Source: Paraspadella gotoi
Taxonomy: Eukaryota; Animalia; Chaetognatha
Assembly (NCBI GenBank): GCA_051294375.1
Contig: CM119263.1
Coordinates: 21,078,268-21,142,267, forward strand
DNA: 64,000 nt
Reading direction: 5' to 3'
Part shown: piece by piece, positions 1 to 62,997 of the stretch
How the letters are laid out: the number at the start of each line of letters is the position of its first letter
Numbering within the stretch: the first letter of the stretch is position 1
Made by a program: the position numbers and the translations under genes
The notes under the pieces: model-generated
What the model saw: only the letters and a program-made list of their open reading frames with translations
What the model was told of the DNA's origin: nothing
Databases searched by the model: none

Positions 1-1639
1 ATTTTTAAACCAAATCTTTAACTCTTTAACGCAGTGAGTAACTAGAACCACATAAACAATTCACACTGCATGCTTGCTAAATTTGCAGAGCGTTTAACAT
101 ATCTCCCCTTATCTCTGAATGATTTTGACGCGAAAGTCACTCTCACTCTCTTCTATAGATAAAAATTATTGATTGAGCTGATCTGATCAGTGATGAAAGA
201 TATCAATATGTCGATTTATCACATTGACATATTAAGGGTGGCCAAAAATGATCGACCTTCATTCATCAATTAAGAGTTCTCTGTAATATTCAAATGGTCA
301 TTTGGTCCATCATAATACTTAATCAATATTAATATCACTTTTTTAATTAGTGAAGGACTGGTAATAACATTAAAAGGCATTTAAATATTTATCCAATCAG
401 CAATAGGCAATTATAAATCGATTTTTTAAGAACGGATTCAGATAGCCCATAAAAAGTCTTGTCTAATAACAAAGCTATAATTCGGTGTTTTTTATCATTT
501 TCGATGAATAAATGCGGTCAAATAAAATGGAAAAATTTTCTAAAATCATCCATCATCAGTCGTCATACCATTAATTTTTATTTTTAGTTTTTGGCTAATT
601 TTAAGCCAATAAAACAAAAAAATTTGGGAAAATCTTGTAGTAATATTGCTTTCTTTATTTTTTTTCAATCTCTACCCGAGTCCGTTTTTAAAAAATTCTG
701 ATTTAAAAAAAAATACTTTTTCCATGATTTAATAGTAATACGATGTTATAACCCAAGGAATTTGAATAGTTACAACGCATTTTTAATTAATAAGTTGCCA
801 GACCATGTTTCGACTCAGAGATTTTCGAGTNNNNNNNNNNNNNNNNNNNNNNNNNAACGTTTTTGAAAATCTGAATCCATCTTGATACACTAATGTAAGT
901 TGGATAGACAATCTGACAGACACACTGACCAAAGGTTTTTGATACACTTGCGTGGCTCTTAATCACGGTGCATCTAAAAATAATATAAAAAATACAAATT
1001 AAATTAATAAACTAAAATTGATCTTTACTTTTTCTATTTAAATCTACTTCCACTAGCTTGATTCCATTGAAACTTGAATTCCAGCTCAATGTACTAGTTT
1101 TTTAATCCCGGACAAAATTTCAACTCAATTGATTTATCCAAACATAAGTAATAAGACTTTAAAGGTAAGGGATAAAGGATGGACAGACAGACAGATGGAC
1201 AGACAAATGTTTGAAGTTTTTGATATCAAACGACAGATTAAACAGAGGAGATTCTGACTGTATTGTTTTTTAAGGGATATGTTGTTTACACGTTACAGAA
1301 TAGACCAATATTTTTTTAGTTTGAATTCTGATGGCATTTATGTATTTAACTGTATCTTGAGAGCTTTAAGAGATTTTGCATTAATTTTTATACATAACAT
1401 TCACGAAGTAATAACCTAGGATGAGAAACAATAAAAAAATAAAAAAATCAATAATGAAAATTTTTTTTTAACTGCATAGTTTATTCTACGAGACTGTACA
1501 TCTCGTCTTAACTTAACTTAATAAGTAAAACAATTTCAAAAAGACTATATTTAGCTAAAACAGAACTAATATTAAAATCCAAAATAAAAATAGACATATT
1601 TAGATTTAATATTGCAATAATCATCTCTTACAGTTGGAC

Positions 1640-1965
1640 TTTTTCTCTTTCTTTCTCTCTCTTTCTTTCTCTCTCTCTCTCTTTCTTTCTCTCTCTCTAT
1701 TACTCATACACATATTTGTTTGTTTTATTTATGATGAATGATTCATCACATCAATGAATGACTATCATCGCATCAATGAATGATTATCATCACATCAATG
1801 AATGACTATCATCGCATCAATCATTTGATTATCATCGCATCAATCATTTTGGTTATCATCGCATCAATCATTGGTTATAGGTTAACATCGCATCAATTTT
1901 TTGTTTTTCTTTTTTTATTTCTTTATTTCCTCCTCTCGACTGGCGAGATCACTATTCTTTTAAGA
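1640..1965 (+). mobile_element. HINE family 1, 3' fragment with 22-bp tandem repeats
   Basis: (CT)n, ATCATCGCATCAAT repeats, terminal GAGATCACTATTCTTTTAAGA followed by a T-run. Confidence 0.6.
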
Positions 1966-2557
1966 TTTTAGAAAAAGTACATAGATGCTTGCAGAATAGT
2001 ACGTAGTGTACGTTCAGAATTATATGTTTAATTTGTAGAAAAAATATAGAAAATAGAAAGGTTCAAGTAGTTGACTGATAAAGTTTCATGGTGAGATTCT
2101 CCGTGAAATTTTTATTGCGAGGGAAATAATGACTTTTCCGATAATAAATTGGCTCAGGGCGAGACAATTGATTTGAAAGAATAAATTAAACGTCAAATAG
2201 GAAAAAAAAATAGTTTTAAGCTAAACAAAAGAATAACGTTTATTGTCACGTAAAAATATCCTAACGAAATTATTTCGAATTCAGAGTAATTAATGACGGG
2301 AATTTAATTATATAAGTACTTGACATTAACATTAACATAGTTTCAGGTGACAGTTTAAAAAATACTTTAGAGTTATAAAAGATCGACTGGATATATGTAT
2401 GAACTTTACGCGTCTCCCGCGGAACTGGATTCGTCGCTCAGATCTTCGTTGACTCTCGTCTCTCATTCGATATGCGACGCAACCAGCGCCAATTTCCTCC
2501 CACTCCTCGGAAAAAAACTGGAAAAGAGAGAGAGAGAGAGAGAGACAGGAGAGAGAG

Positions 2558-2623
<66 letters not shown>

Positions 2624-2864
2624 CTAGACTGAATGAATGACCCTTCGCAACCACCGAGCATTGTTGATGAAAAAAACAAAATCGGCGGGCAGAAAAAGGG
2701 TGACGAGATCTCGGAGTGGGTTACCGTGGCAAACCGTGGCAAGCGTGTCAGAATTACAGCCACGCAGAGTGGAAATGTGGAAATTGAGTTTAAAGGTTAA
2801 GAAGTTTTAAGGTCGTCCGAGAATACGCCAATCTCGCTTCTCTCTTTCTCTCTCTCTTCTCTCT

Positions 2865-2966
<102 letters not shown>

Positions 2967-3280
2967 AACGGCTCTCTTCTTTGATTGCCTGGACGATTAC
3001 GAGACAAAAAAAACGAGTAAAGATAAAAAGTTTTAAATTGTAGGTAAAAAAAATTTATAAAATAATAAATTTTTATACGACCTTTTCGATTAGTTTTTCT
3101 CCATCAAGAGAGCTTTTTTCAAATAGTCAAGTTAATATGACTTTCTATTTATATACTTTCTTTATTTTTTTTTTCATTCTCCGAACAAGTTTTAATGTCA
3201 GTCAGTTTTAAAACTCAGTCAGCTTCTTGAGAGCTCGAAAACTGAAATTTTTTTTTTTAAACATCCGAATTTAAAAAAAA

Positions 3281-18251
<14,971 letters not shown>

Positions 18252-18365
18252 TTGTTTTTTTAGTTTTTGTTTTGTCTATCGTGTTTGAGTCAAAACAAAA
18301 AAACATATAACCCAGTATTTGTTTTGTCAAAATCGTCAGAATATTATTTTTGATCTTGAGATAGG

Positions 18366-18371
18366 AATAAA
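18366..18371 (+). promoter_or_regulatory. Candidate polyadenylation signal of the sulfatase gene
   Basis: AATAAA ~115 nt after the stop codon. Confidence 0.45.
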
Positions 18372-18699
18372 TGCAGTAACGTCCAAACTGTAATCCAAAT
18401 TCATTTAAGACCCAAATGTAGCATAGAAATACTAGTAATTTGAGTTATTTGAGGGTCGAATCAAAATAAATATAAAAATTGCTTAATTTTCGCGCATCTC
18501 TCGGTTCCAGTTGGTAGCCTATTGTTGCATAATATGCATATATGCTTTCGGTGTTATTTCTGATAAAACACTCATTTGTCTTCGTATCTGTTCTGTGGCA
18601 GCTCCAGTAGCAGATTCATCGCAAAAAAAAAAGAAGCAAGAATACTCCCTGTATTACAAATAAAAGAAAAAGTGGTTGTGCCCCCCTGCGATTCGATCT

Positions 18700-19380
18700 G
18701 GTTTCCTATACGCGCGTTAATTCTCAGCGCTCCGATTTGCCACGCGTCACCTGAGCTCTAATTGACAAGGCGTCGCCCGAACGGCTATTTTCCTTGCGCC
18801 AAATCCACGTCCCCTCTCGGATCCTCCGTCCTCCTGTCATCCCATAACCAAATTCCTTCCCGTCCTCCGATGCGTCACTATCTCCCCAACCCCTAAACCC
18901 CCCCCGTCGATTTCGCCCCAGTTTTCTGGAGCGCCAATCCGTCATTGTCTTTACCTTCGGTCCCATTTTTGACGCCCGCGTCTGCTATTGACGTCGTCTG
19001 ATTTGTCATGAGTCCACTCGCGCGTGGAAACGACGCCTGCGGGTCCGCGTCTCACTCGGCGCCTTGACGTTACATTTTCTAGGCGGCGTCGATGCTCTAC
19101 GCGCGGATCTCAAAGCCGCCGACAAAAACCGGATTCGTCCGCCGTTGGCTGAGGCGGAGCGGTGGAATCTCCCTTTCACGTTTGATGCGTTTTTATGGAT
19201 GTCGTCGGGCGGCTTCGGCGTCGGGCGGCGTCGGAATCGAGTGCGACATAGCGACGCCGGTTCTCTTTGTCAAGCAGCGCCGCGACGTCGCTTTTAATCT
19301 AGATTCCGTCGCGTGACGCCGAGGGACTAAAAGGGCGCCGACATTTGAAAGTGATTGATTCCAGCGCGAGCGTTGGGGAG
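18700..19380. promoter_or_regulatory. CpG-rich island, candidate promoter of gene 2
   Basis: Sharp GC/CpG rise between the sulfatase 3' end and the first identified exon of gene 2; no convincing ORF. Confidence 0.4.
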
Positions 19381-20858
19381 AATCTCAGGCTACAATTACA
19401 TTTATTACAAAATTGTAGGATTTTTGAGGCTGTGATAGGAAAGGAGGAGACGGCAAGCATGAGAGATGAAAGAAGATAAAGTGAAGAAAGAGAATTAGAA
19501 CGAGGAAAGATAGATGGGTATTAAAGAAGGGAAGGTAGGAGAAAAGGAAAAAAAGATAAGGAATAAAAGGGAGAGATGGGAGTAAAAGTGAACTATGTGG
19601 AGGGAAAAAAAAGGAGAAAAGCCAGCGACAAAAAAAAGGGAACGAAAAAAGTCAAAAAGAAGCGAGTTCTAAAAATTAAAAAATCCTTTTAGTGAGACGA
19701 GATTTTCAGAAAGAAAAGGTTGAAAAAAAAGGAAGGTACGACACGAATTTCAAAATAAAGGTGAATTTTTAGAGAGAGATAAAAAAAAAGAGGTGGGATA
19801 AAAAAGAAAAGTTTTTTCTGGACAAGTAAAGGATATGAGGTACTTCTGCCGCGGAGAAGCGAAGCGAGAAAGTGACTTAGTTACATCTGCTCGGAGGCGG
19901 AAATCCAATGGTTAAGGGAATTGGGGTTCATAGTTTTTGGGGGCGACTCGGCGCATTGTGGAGATGCGAAGGGGGTACAAAAAAGATAGATTATAGGGTA
20001 TTGCGTTTGAACAAGGTGTAAATAGTGCTACAAAGTTGTTGAAAAACAGATATGGGATTCGAAAAAATAGACAATAAACAATAAAAAAATAATTACCTGA
20101 ATAAAAAAGAAGAAAATCGAACCACTGATGAATTTGATTGGAAAAAGAGTGTGCGAGGAGTTGATTCGCGACTGAGACAGAAAATCGAATTTCCTCGTCT
20201 AAGCGTCTGACCTCATTGAAGTATCATCAAAATTGATCGCGTTACCGATAGAAGGAAACAGAAGTTATTCCGGGTTATCGCTCTCATTCTTATTTAAGCC
20301 AAAACAACAGCGTTTCAATTAATTTTCATTAAATAGCTGTATTAATTATTGCCTAAGGAATGTTGCTAATCTATCTTAAAGTTTGTCACCTTTTATACCT
20401 AGTCATTTAAAAGTTTTTGCAGAAAGTAAAATCTTTCATCAATTATTATCCTTATACAAATTTATTGGCGTTTCATTTATTTGTTAAAAAAACTTGACGT
20501 TATACACTCACAGTTATTTCAAAAACAACTATTATAGTTGCACCACTTATTTTGCGAAACGCATGAATATGAATTTGATAGTTGATATGAATATGATTTT
20601 CGGTTATTTTACAGGGTTTTTTTTTTTGTTGCTTCATAAACTTCTTCGCATGACTTCACTTCAAAAGTTGAGACCAAATATCCTTCGGAATTCATGACTT
20701 TTTTCAGTCATACCCGCTTCCACTATTTTCCATTTCTCTTTTTTCTCGCAAATATCTCAAAATACGATTTCGGCGACGTCAACTTTGTGACAGAAGAATA
20801 AATATTGCCAGATGACAAGATTTTCTTGCCACAGATTTCAAAGTTCTTGTGTTTTTTT

Positions 20859-21728
20859 ATCAAGCCAGACGGCGAAGCCCGTCCTGGCTAGATTCTGTTT
20901 CGCTTTATCTTCTTTATGACTGTGACGTCGTCGTCGTTGTTGTCGTCGTCGTCATCATTGTCGTCGGCGTCACGCTTTTTTTTATATAAAAACTACTTCG
21001 GTTTTTATAGTTTTGGCTGAGACTTTCAGTTTTCTTTTAAATAAAAATTACTCTGAATTATGATGAACTTTTATAAAAGTGTGCGATCATAGTAACTTAA
21101 AAATTTAGATATGGCTTTTCATTTTAAAATAGCTATGAAACTTTTATATTACATTTGGATTCAAGTATTTTTTTGTTTGAATTTCTAATACATTATGATT
21201 TACTGCAATATGCAAATTAAATTATAGTATTCATTATAATATCCAAATTACTATATAGAAATGCTTTATTCTAATTTACATTTAAATATACATTTAGAAA
21301 AAAAATCTAATTTGTTTAAAAAAACGAGTTCAGCTATTATTATTAGTATTATTATTATTATCATCGCATCAATAAATAATTATTATTACATCAAGGAATG
21401 ATTACTATCACATTAGTGAATGATTATCATCGCGTCAATGGATGATTATCAACGCATCAATGAATGATCATCATCACATCAATGAATAACTATCTTCATA
21501 TCAATAAATGACTATCATCATATTTGTGAGTAACTATCATCGCATCATAGATCAGGTTAAATCACTCTCCTATAATCCTATTCTCGCTCGCCACTTCTCT
21601 TAAGTAGCCATTACAATAATAATGATTTTTCAAAAAATTAAAAAATTTTGTCAGGCACTGCCTTTTCTGAATCGTTTAAAAACGAGTTCAGGCTCTACAG
21701 TACTGCGGATGTCCAGTAGATATCCAGC

Positions 21729-21759
<31 letters not shown>

Positions 21760-21800
21760 GCCTCTCTTTCTGTCTCTCTCCGTCTCTCTCTCTGTGTTGT
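20859..21800 (+). mobile_element. HINE family 1, 5'-part copy
   Basis: ATCAAGCCAGACGGCGAAGCCCGTCCTGGCT hairpin, (GTC)n, body shared with the 10190 copy. Confidence 0.65.
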
Positions 21801-23535
21801 TGTTCGCCTTTGACATCTGTGGTGCGTCCTGAAGCTTAAAAATTAAAATTAAAATTAAAAATAAAAATTAAAAAAATATACGTGATTGAGATTGATTGAT
21901 CAAATTACAATATCAATAAAATATAAAATAAGTGGTTGATAAAGAATGATCGAAATATACTATCAATAAAACTTTTAAGAAGAATAAGTGATTGATAATA
22001 ATTATGACATATTTGATTAGCTGATAAATGTCGTTGCTAAGAAACAATAGTGTAATGAATCAGTCCCGCACATTCTAATGCGGAGTTCATCGATTTCAAC
22101 CGTATCGGTGATTAGAGTTCTTTAATATGAGTGAATCATCACGAATAGAAATGCAATTAATTCTTTCTGTAAATGAATAGACAACTAACAAATTAAACTT
22201 ACTAATTAAATTAATTAACTTTTCATTCCCATGATTATTACTTAGCCGTCACAAAATAACGTTGATCAATCGTCTAAATATGACCTTTTCTCGTAACCTT
22301 TTGACCTTTGGTCACCAGGAGGTCAGCGCCGCCTGTATTAAGATGTGTTCAGTCTCTCACTATGAGCTGAATATTTTGCAAGTTCATAATCATTGCAAGA
22401 TTCTGGTACAACGCACTTCAAGAATTTTTCAAAATTTTTAACAAGTCACACTCCATCAATAACAAAATTAAATTCGGAAAAGTAACTGCATTTCATATTT
22501 ATTCCAGGATAAAATTTTAAAACTTTCTCTTTTCTTTTACAAAAGAACAAGACAACAACAATGCGTGCAAGGCGTGAAGAGTATATATGACAAAAGCAAC
22601 GTGAGGGATGTGTAGCATACAACAGGAAAAGCACAACAAACAATTGCAAAACAAATATGTTATTATTGTATCATTTCACCCATTTAAGTATAAATTTTTT
22701 TTTTCAAAGAATATTCAATTAATATTATCAAACAGGTTTCATTATCATTTGAGAAACATTGTTCTTAAGTATATATACTAAAAGTTAGATTTATAGAACA
22801 TCTAGAAGAAGAAAATAATACCCAGTCAGTAACATATACATACTCATGCATACGAAGCACCATCATGCATTCACAACCAAATCAGCAGTGGGTATAATTT
22901 TTCTCATTTAAAAGTATTTCATTAACTTAGTATCAAACACGATTAACCTTTATCATTATTAAAATAAAATATTAAAAATTGAGACTATTACTTAATCCAC
23001 GAGTTTTAGTTTTTATTTTAATTTAAAATATTCTCTCATATAACTTTTAATAAAATTGAAAATATAATATTTGAATATTGATGCTCATTATGCATTATCG
23101 ATATATATCTTAAGAGAGACGAATTTTGTGCTATAGTTAAATGAAAATATCAGTAACATTATTTCATCCATACGTGATACCATAGCTGGATCCTGTATCC
23201 AGAGTTTCTATTTTGTATTAATGGAGAGACGAATTTTAATTCGTGAGTTTCAAACAAGGTGACAGTTCTATAATTGAGCTGTGTAGGTAGTTGCAACTTG
23301 TGTGTGTCAACATACTCGTAAAAGGTACAATGTTCTAATCCTTCGCAGGGTTTATACCTTTTTACAAAAACCTGTGGCCCACACTATCTCGTGGCGAGGT
23401 TCCAGTCTGTCATTTTGAGCGAGTGTGGATCCTGGAGCTGTGGGATTCCTTAAAGAGAAAACATTCAAGTAAGATGAAAATTTAATTTTTCTATGATGTT
23501 TATTGATGATTTTTCTATGATGTTTATGTTTATTT

Positions 23536-23576
23536 TCTCTTCGGAGGCGTGGGTTCGAATCCCACCGCTGCCACCA
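23536..23576 (+). other. 3' half of tRNA-Leu including CCA = extended primer-binding site of the adjacent LTR (not a tRNA gene)
   Basis: TCTCTTCGGAGGCGTGGGTTCGAATCCCACCGCTGCCA-CCA resembles metazoan tRNA-Leu from variable arm to CCA; no 5' half; minus strand reads LTR..CA|TGGTGGCAGCGGTGGGATTCG. Confidence 0.85.
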
Positions 23577-23855
23577 TGTCACTATACTCTAGCTACGAGA
23601 TAGTTTCTAAGTAATTCTCTTGGCCTATAAAAACACAGGGGTTTATGATATCTATTGTAATACATAGTTAAGGGCAATAAATACAAAATAATACAATAAG
23701 CAGAAACGTTTCCTTCGGAGCCACGGCTAAGACTACTAAGTTTTCACGACAGAATTGACGAAGTACAATTGTTTACATTTTACAAAGAAAGAAAAGTGGT
23801 CATTTCTAAAACACTGGGCCGAGGTTTCTTTGGGTTGCACCAGAGTATTCTGACA
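23577..23855 (-). mobile_element. 5' LTR of a Gypsy-like element (minus orientation), partner LTR not found
   Basis: TGTCACTATACTCT ... AGAGTATTCTGACA (14-bp imperfect terminal inverted repeat, TG..CA), directly adjacent to a tRNA-Leu PBS. Confidence 0.8.
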
Positions 23856-23940
23856 GCATCAATAATCAATTCCTATTACATCAATAAATTACTATTATAT
23901 CAATAATTCGTTATCGCATCAACTCATTCGTTTTTTTTTT

Positions 23941-24035
23941 ATCGAGCCATGACCGCGAAGCCGGTTCAGGCCTCGATATTGATTCGGTCAGCTTCTTTGT
24001 GATGTCGCGTCGTCGTCGTCGTCGTCGGCGTCACG

Positions 24036-24069
<34 letters not shown>

Positions 24070-27000
24070 TAATACCAAACTATTGAATATCCATAAACGT
24101 AATAGTGTAAAAGACTGGAAAACTAAACTATGTATTGAAATTCAATTAAAAACAAAAGACCCTAACATTTAAAAGACTGGAAAACAAGAAAAACTAAACT
24201 ACATATTGAATTCAATAAAACAAAAGACACTAACGTTTAAATCATTAATAAATGTTATGAACTAATTCATAAGAAACTATAAAAATAACGTTCAAGAACG
24301 TTCAAGACTGGAAAATAAGTAAAAACTAAACTACATATTGAAATCAATTAAAAACAAAAAGACACGCCCACTTTTCTAAAAATTTTTTTTAACGTTTAAA
24401 ATCATTAATAAATGTATGAACTAATTCAAAAAACTATAAAAATAATGTTCAAGAACGTTCAAGACTGGAAAAACAATTAAAACTACTAATATGAAAATTC
24501 ATAAAAACAAAAGACACTAACGTTTAAAATCATTAATAAATGTTATGAAACTAATTCATAAGAAACTATAAAAAATAGTTCAAGAACGTTTAAGGATCAA
24601 ATGTAAAATCATAAAACCGGAAAAAAACTAAAAAAAAACGAAAAATCAATGTTCAAGAGAAGCAATAGTTTTTATTTTAAAATTTGTAATTTTTATTTTT
24701 TGATAATGCGTAAAAATAAAAACAAAATATGACAACAAAGACAAAAACAAAAAATATAAAGCATAAACGAAAACATGTTAATAAAAACGTCAAAGATAAT
24801 GCGTAAAACAAAACAAAAATATGAAAACAAGACAAAAAACAAAAATATAAAGCATTATTGAAAAAACATGAGCAAAAAATAAACTAACATTATAAAAATG
24901 TTTTAATATTCAAGGTTTTATTCTATAAAAAGTCATTATAACATTATAAGTCATTATACAGCATTTATGCCTGGTGTATAACTATAACATATTCCTAAAA
25001 TATTATTTATAAAGTGGTTTAAGTAAAGGCAGAGGACCACATTACTATGAATAGAAATATCAAATATATAAGTAGCAGATCACAGAAAAAGATACTAATT
25101 AAAACAGAAATGAACGCTAACAGATACAACAAAACAACATGAGACGCTAACAGAAATAAAAAACACTATATCACGTAAGTGTAAGATACTAATTAAACAG
25201 ACAAAGAGACGCTAAAAACAAAATAAAAAAATAAAGAAATAAAAAACACTATATCACGTAAGTGTAAGATATTAATTAAAACAGACAAAGAGACGCTAAA
25301 AACGAAATGAGACGCTAACAATACACAAAAAGACATGAAGACGCTAACAGAAACAAAAAAACACTATATCACGTAAGTGTAAAAGTACAGATACACAAAA
25401 ATATATAATGTAAGTTTATTTTTTATTTTTAACGCTAAAAACAAAATAAGATGCTAACAAATACTCAACATTTTAATAAAAATATAAATATGTGGTCCCT
25501 CAATACCCAATACGAAATGCCCTCATTGGTTTAAATAAGTTCCAATAACCAATTTTAACCGTTTTTAATTAAGTTACCCCACTTCTATAGTCCCATCCTC
25601 ATTTAATGTACCCCCAGTACATTTACCAATAGATTCTTTTTTTAAAACTCCCAATCTGGCCACTTTAATTTGGCCACCCAATATTCTTGTTCAAATCCTT
25701 TTTCTCAAACGTGTGAAATAAAACAAATATTTTCCACAGTCTTTCAACTGGCCGATCTCAACATACCTAATCCTCTCTGCTCTGTCATCTTAAATATAAA
25801 CAGACTCTTAAAGTAAATCCTAATTTATCTTTAACCTCACCCTCAGCCCCTTGTCCCATTAAGCCTAAGCTCATTCTCTCGGTTATCTACTTGCTTATCA
25901 TCAAAATTTTAACAGTGTCACATTCAACTTCTCCCAAAGTCTTACAACCACTTCCGCACCAGCAGAGTCAAAATATGCCATTCGTTTCACGTGTGCTACA
26001 ACACCACAAAGATCACAAATCCATCACCTCTTACCTACATAGGCATAACTCCATGTATTGCGTCCAGAAATTTGATTTTTACCTGGCGCCAAAATAGAAG
26101 ATCCTAACATAGTAAAAGTAATCAGAGTACATTAATTGTTCCCCAGATGGGCCCTCAACTCATAGTTAAACTAATTCCCAAAGTACTCTTTCCCATTTCT
26201 TCTTCATAAGCCCTTTTACCACTCTAAGATTAAATCTCAATTGAGAAGTAAGTTTCTGGAAATGACATTTCACTCAAACCTCCTATGGCTTCCTTGCTAT
26301 CTCTAAAATGGAAGTTCAGGAGGATGATCATTTGGAAACAATATTCGCACTGTGCTCCCTCACTCGTTACGATTGGATATCAAAAATCGCTTTTCCTCTG
26401 AGCACGTGAGTTTCATTCATTGGCCATACTTCAAAAATTGACCAAACAGTCCAATTCCTGCGTCTCTACGTATATTACTAAATGACTTTAAAAACTATTC
26501 CATCTGAATCATCACATTGCATTATATAACAAATGGCAACTATCAATAGACAAACTACCCGGTTCAAATTCTGAAAGGCAGCATTGACAAGGCCCTTTAC
26601 AGCCTCAGGTAAAAACCCGACCAATACCCAACGGTAATTCCCGCATACTTTTGCCCTCCAGGCTATCAATCCATAAAAAAAAATGCCAACATGCTTGTTC
26701 TCCAATTAAGCTTCATCTGCTAAAAACGTCTAGCCAAAAAGATTCCTTAGGCATGCTTAACACCTTTTAATCCACATGTATGTCTCTGTGCTTTAACCTT
26801 AATCTCTGATGATCCATTAATTGCGCTCCACCATTATAATAAGAATCCCTCAGCCTATCCTTAGCAATCTCTTTTCTACCATTAAAACATCCAATTTTCT
26901 ACCTCGAGTTTTCTAAAAGCATTAATATCTCCCACGGAGGCGTCAAACAATTCTTTTCTGCTACCATAAAGCCAGAATACAGAAAATATATTAGTAACCT

Positions 27001-27804
27001 TTGCTCTTACCTAAGCGTTGACAATGCGCCGAGTTTTTCCAGCAGGGTCAACTTTGACTTGATACCTTTAAAAACATCAGGCAAAATTTGCTGTTTATCA
27101 AAATCACCGGGAGCTTACCGTTTTTTTTTAAATAAAAATATTATTAATTACGATGAAGTTTTATAAAAGTGTGCGATCATAGTAAGTTAAAAATTTAGAT
27201 ATGGCTTCTCATCTTGAAATAGCTCTGATATTTTCTTATTACATTTGGATTTAAGTATTTTTTGTTTGAATTTCCACTTCATTGGTTTACTGCAATATGC
27301 AAATGAGATTATAGTACTCATTATAGTATCCAAATTAGTATATAGAAATGCTTTAACCTAATTTACACATTGCAGATATTAATATTGAAGATGAAATTCA
27401 AAAAAAATTTTTAAATCTATAATAAAAATGGGAACTCAAAGGAACTTTTTAATGAGAAGCTATATCTTAATTTTAATACAAATAAAAATAAAATCTTTTA
27501 CAAGCTGCGATTGGAAAAAATTGGAAAAATTTCCAATTGTAAACAATTGTAACATATTTTTGCCTTTCTTTTTATTTCTTTAAATTATATAATATATATA
27601 TAAATTGGTACAACCAATATAAAAATTATCCATTCATTTAATAAATAAGCTATCTTGCCCCTGATTTTGACAGGCTTTGGTGGTTTAAGGCCTCCATCAC
27701 TCTTACAAGATAATGACATAGCAGGTCTTTCTTTTTCTGCAACGAGTTCATGCTCTGCAGTGACTGTACAGGCGCTTCAGCAGCTGTCCAGTTTGTCTTC
27801 TCTC

Positions 27805-27849
<45 letters not shown>

Positions 27850-28482
27850 GAAAAATTCTTATTATTTCTTTCCTTCTAAAAACTTATTATCGCCATTTAT
27901 TTTTTCAATACAAAATCCCAAATTTACATCCGAGATTTTCTGGATTCATTTTAGAAAAAGGAATAATAACTTATAATGCAGGCAATGTCACATGTACATC
28001 AGCTTGCTGCTGTACAAATACCTGCTATATGTCCGGCAATTGCGCGGATTAATTTAATTGCATATAAATCTTGAAAAAAAATTAATTTTTTTTGTTTTGT
28101 TTATTATTGTAACTTTGGACCGGTCGGCCCACTATTGGCAAATTATATCTAAAAATAGGAGTTGAGAAGAAAGATATAGTCAAATTAAACATTACTTTTT
28201 TTGTTATTCTGATAATTTTTACAATTTTAAATTTGTAAATTTTTTTTAGTGTATATATTTAATCATTTTATCTTTTTTTAAAATAATAATTATTTGAGTT
28301 GGGATAATATTTATAAAATTATTAAATATGCAAATATGAAATTTGACCTCGGTCAAAAAAAAGAACAATCTAAAATTTCATTCAAGATTTAAAACTTTTT
28401 TATAGAAAGGAAAAGAGTTCGTCCCTACTCAGATTCGTCGAAAAACAAGTTCAGTGGCGGGTCCAGCTTCTCTCTATCTTTC

Positions 28483-28529
<47 letters not shown>

Positions 28530-28952
28530 CTTTCTATTTATTCCGCCTTTTATTCCGCGCTTTTTTCTAAATACAAAATCCCAAATTTACATCCAAGTAC
28601 GTGGATTTTTTTTCTAAAAATTCTATTATTCTTTATATAAACGAGAATGAAAAACTGACCCAGCCTCTCTCTCTCTCTCTCTCTCTCTTCTCTTACATTC
28701 ATACACGCATTTGTTTGTTTTATTTACGATGAATGATTCATCGCGTCAATGAATGACTATCATCGGCATCAATGAATGATTATCATCAAATCAATGAATG
28801 ATTTATCATCACATCAATGAATGACTATCATCGCATCAATCATTTGATATCATCACATCAGTTATTTTGTTATCATCGCATCAATTATTGGTTATCATCG
28901 CATCAATATTTGGTTACCATCAAAAGCAAGCTCGATCCTTATGTTTTTAAGA
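23941..28952 (+). mobile_element. HINE family 1, full length, interrupted by a LINE
   Basis: 5' ATCGAGCC + hairpin, 3' AAGCTCGATCC..TTTTTAAGA; body resumes at ~27113. Confidence 0.7.
24037..27112 (-). mobile_element. 5'-truncated L1/Tx1-like LINE remnant (post-RT region, zf-RVT-like, repetitive 3' UTR, poly(A))
   Basis: Poly(T) 24037-24067; minus-strand fragments ..FKGIKSKLTLLEKLGALSTL.., IAKDRLRDSYYNGGAQLMD, AIHGVMP..CDLCG..ET; many frameshifts. Confidence 0.7.
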
Positions 28953-29479
28953 TTTTTTCCCAAGATTTTTTCATTAATTTTCTTTGATAGCTGGCTGGTT
29001 CGATCAATAATACTTTTAAGTTTTTTTTTTATAATATTTTCAACTTATTTAAAATAGAAAATACTTATCTTTTGGGACAATTAAATCGCTTAGTAGTCTT
29101 TTGTAAAAGAATATTACTAAAATTTCAATAATCTCTTCACGTAGCCAATGGTGCCATAAAGTAAAAAAAAAAGAAAAAAATAAACTTCAATTGCTCGTTA
29201 TACTCTGTACATGTACATACAATCACATTTACAACTGTTTTAAAAAATTTGAAAAAATAATTCGACGAGATTTTCACAGAGTTTAAGTCACTAATTAACT
29301 CCAATAAATTGTTCATTTAAATTTATTATAACCAATTTCTCAGGATTAAATTTCGTTCGCTTTGATATTCCTACCTTTTGTTTTCTTTTCCTCCTCATCC
29401 TCCTCCTCTTTTCCTTCCTCCTTTCCTCCACTCTTCCTCCTCTCCTCTCCTACATTCACAATCTTTTTCTCTTCTTCAG

Positions 29480-62997
<33,518 letters not shown>

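Noticed and set aside
23536-23576. Functional tRNA-Leu gene
   Set aside because: Only the 3' half is present, CCA is encoded and it abuts an LTR; it is a PBS.
21542-23860. GCATC/GCATC as TSD of a complete LTR element
   Set aside because: No second LTR at the left end, and GCATC recurs in the surrounding 22-bp tandem repeat.
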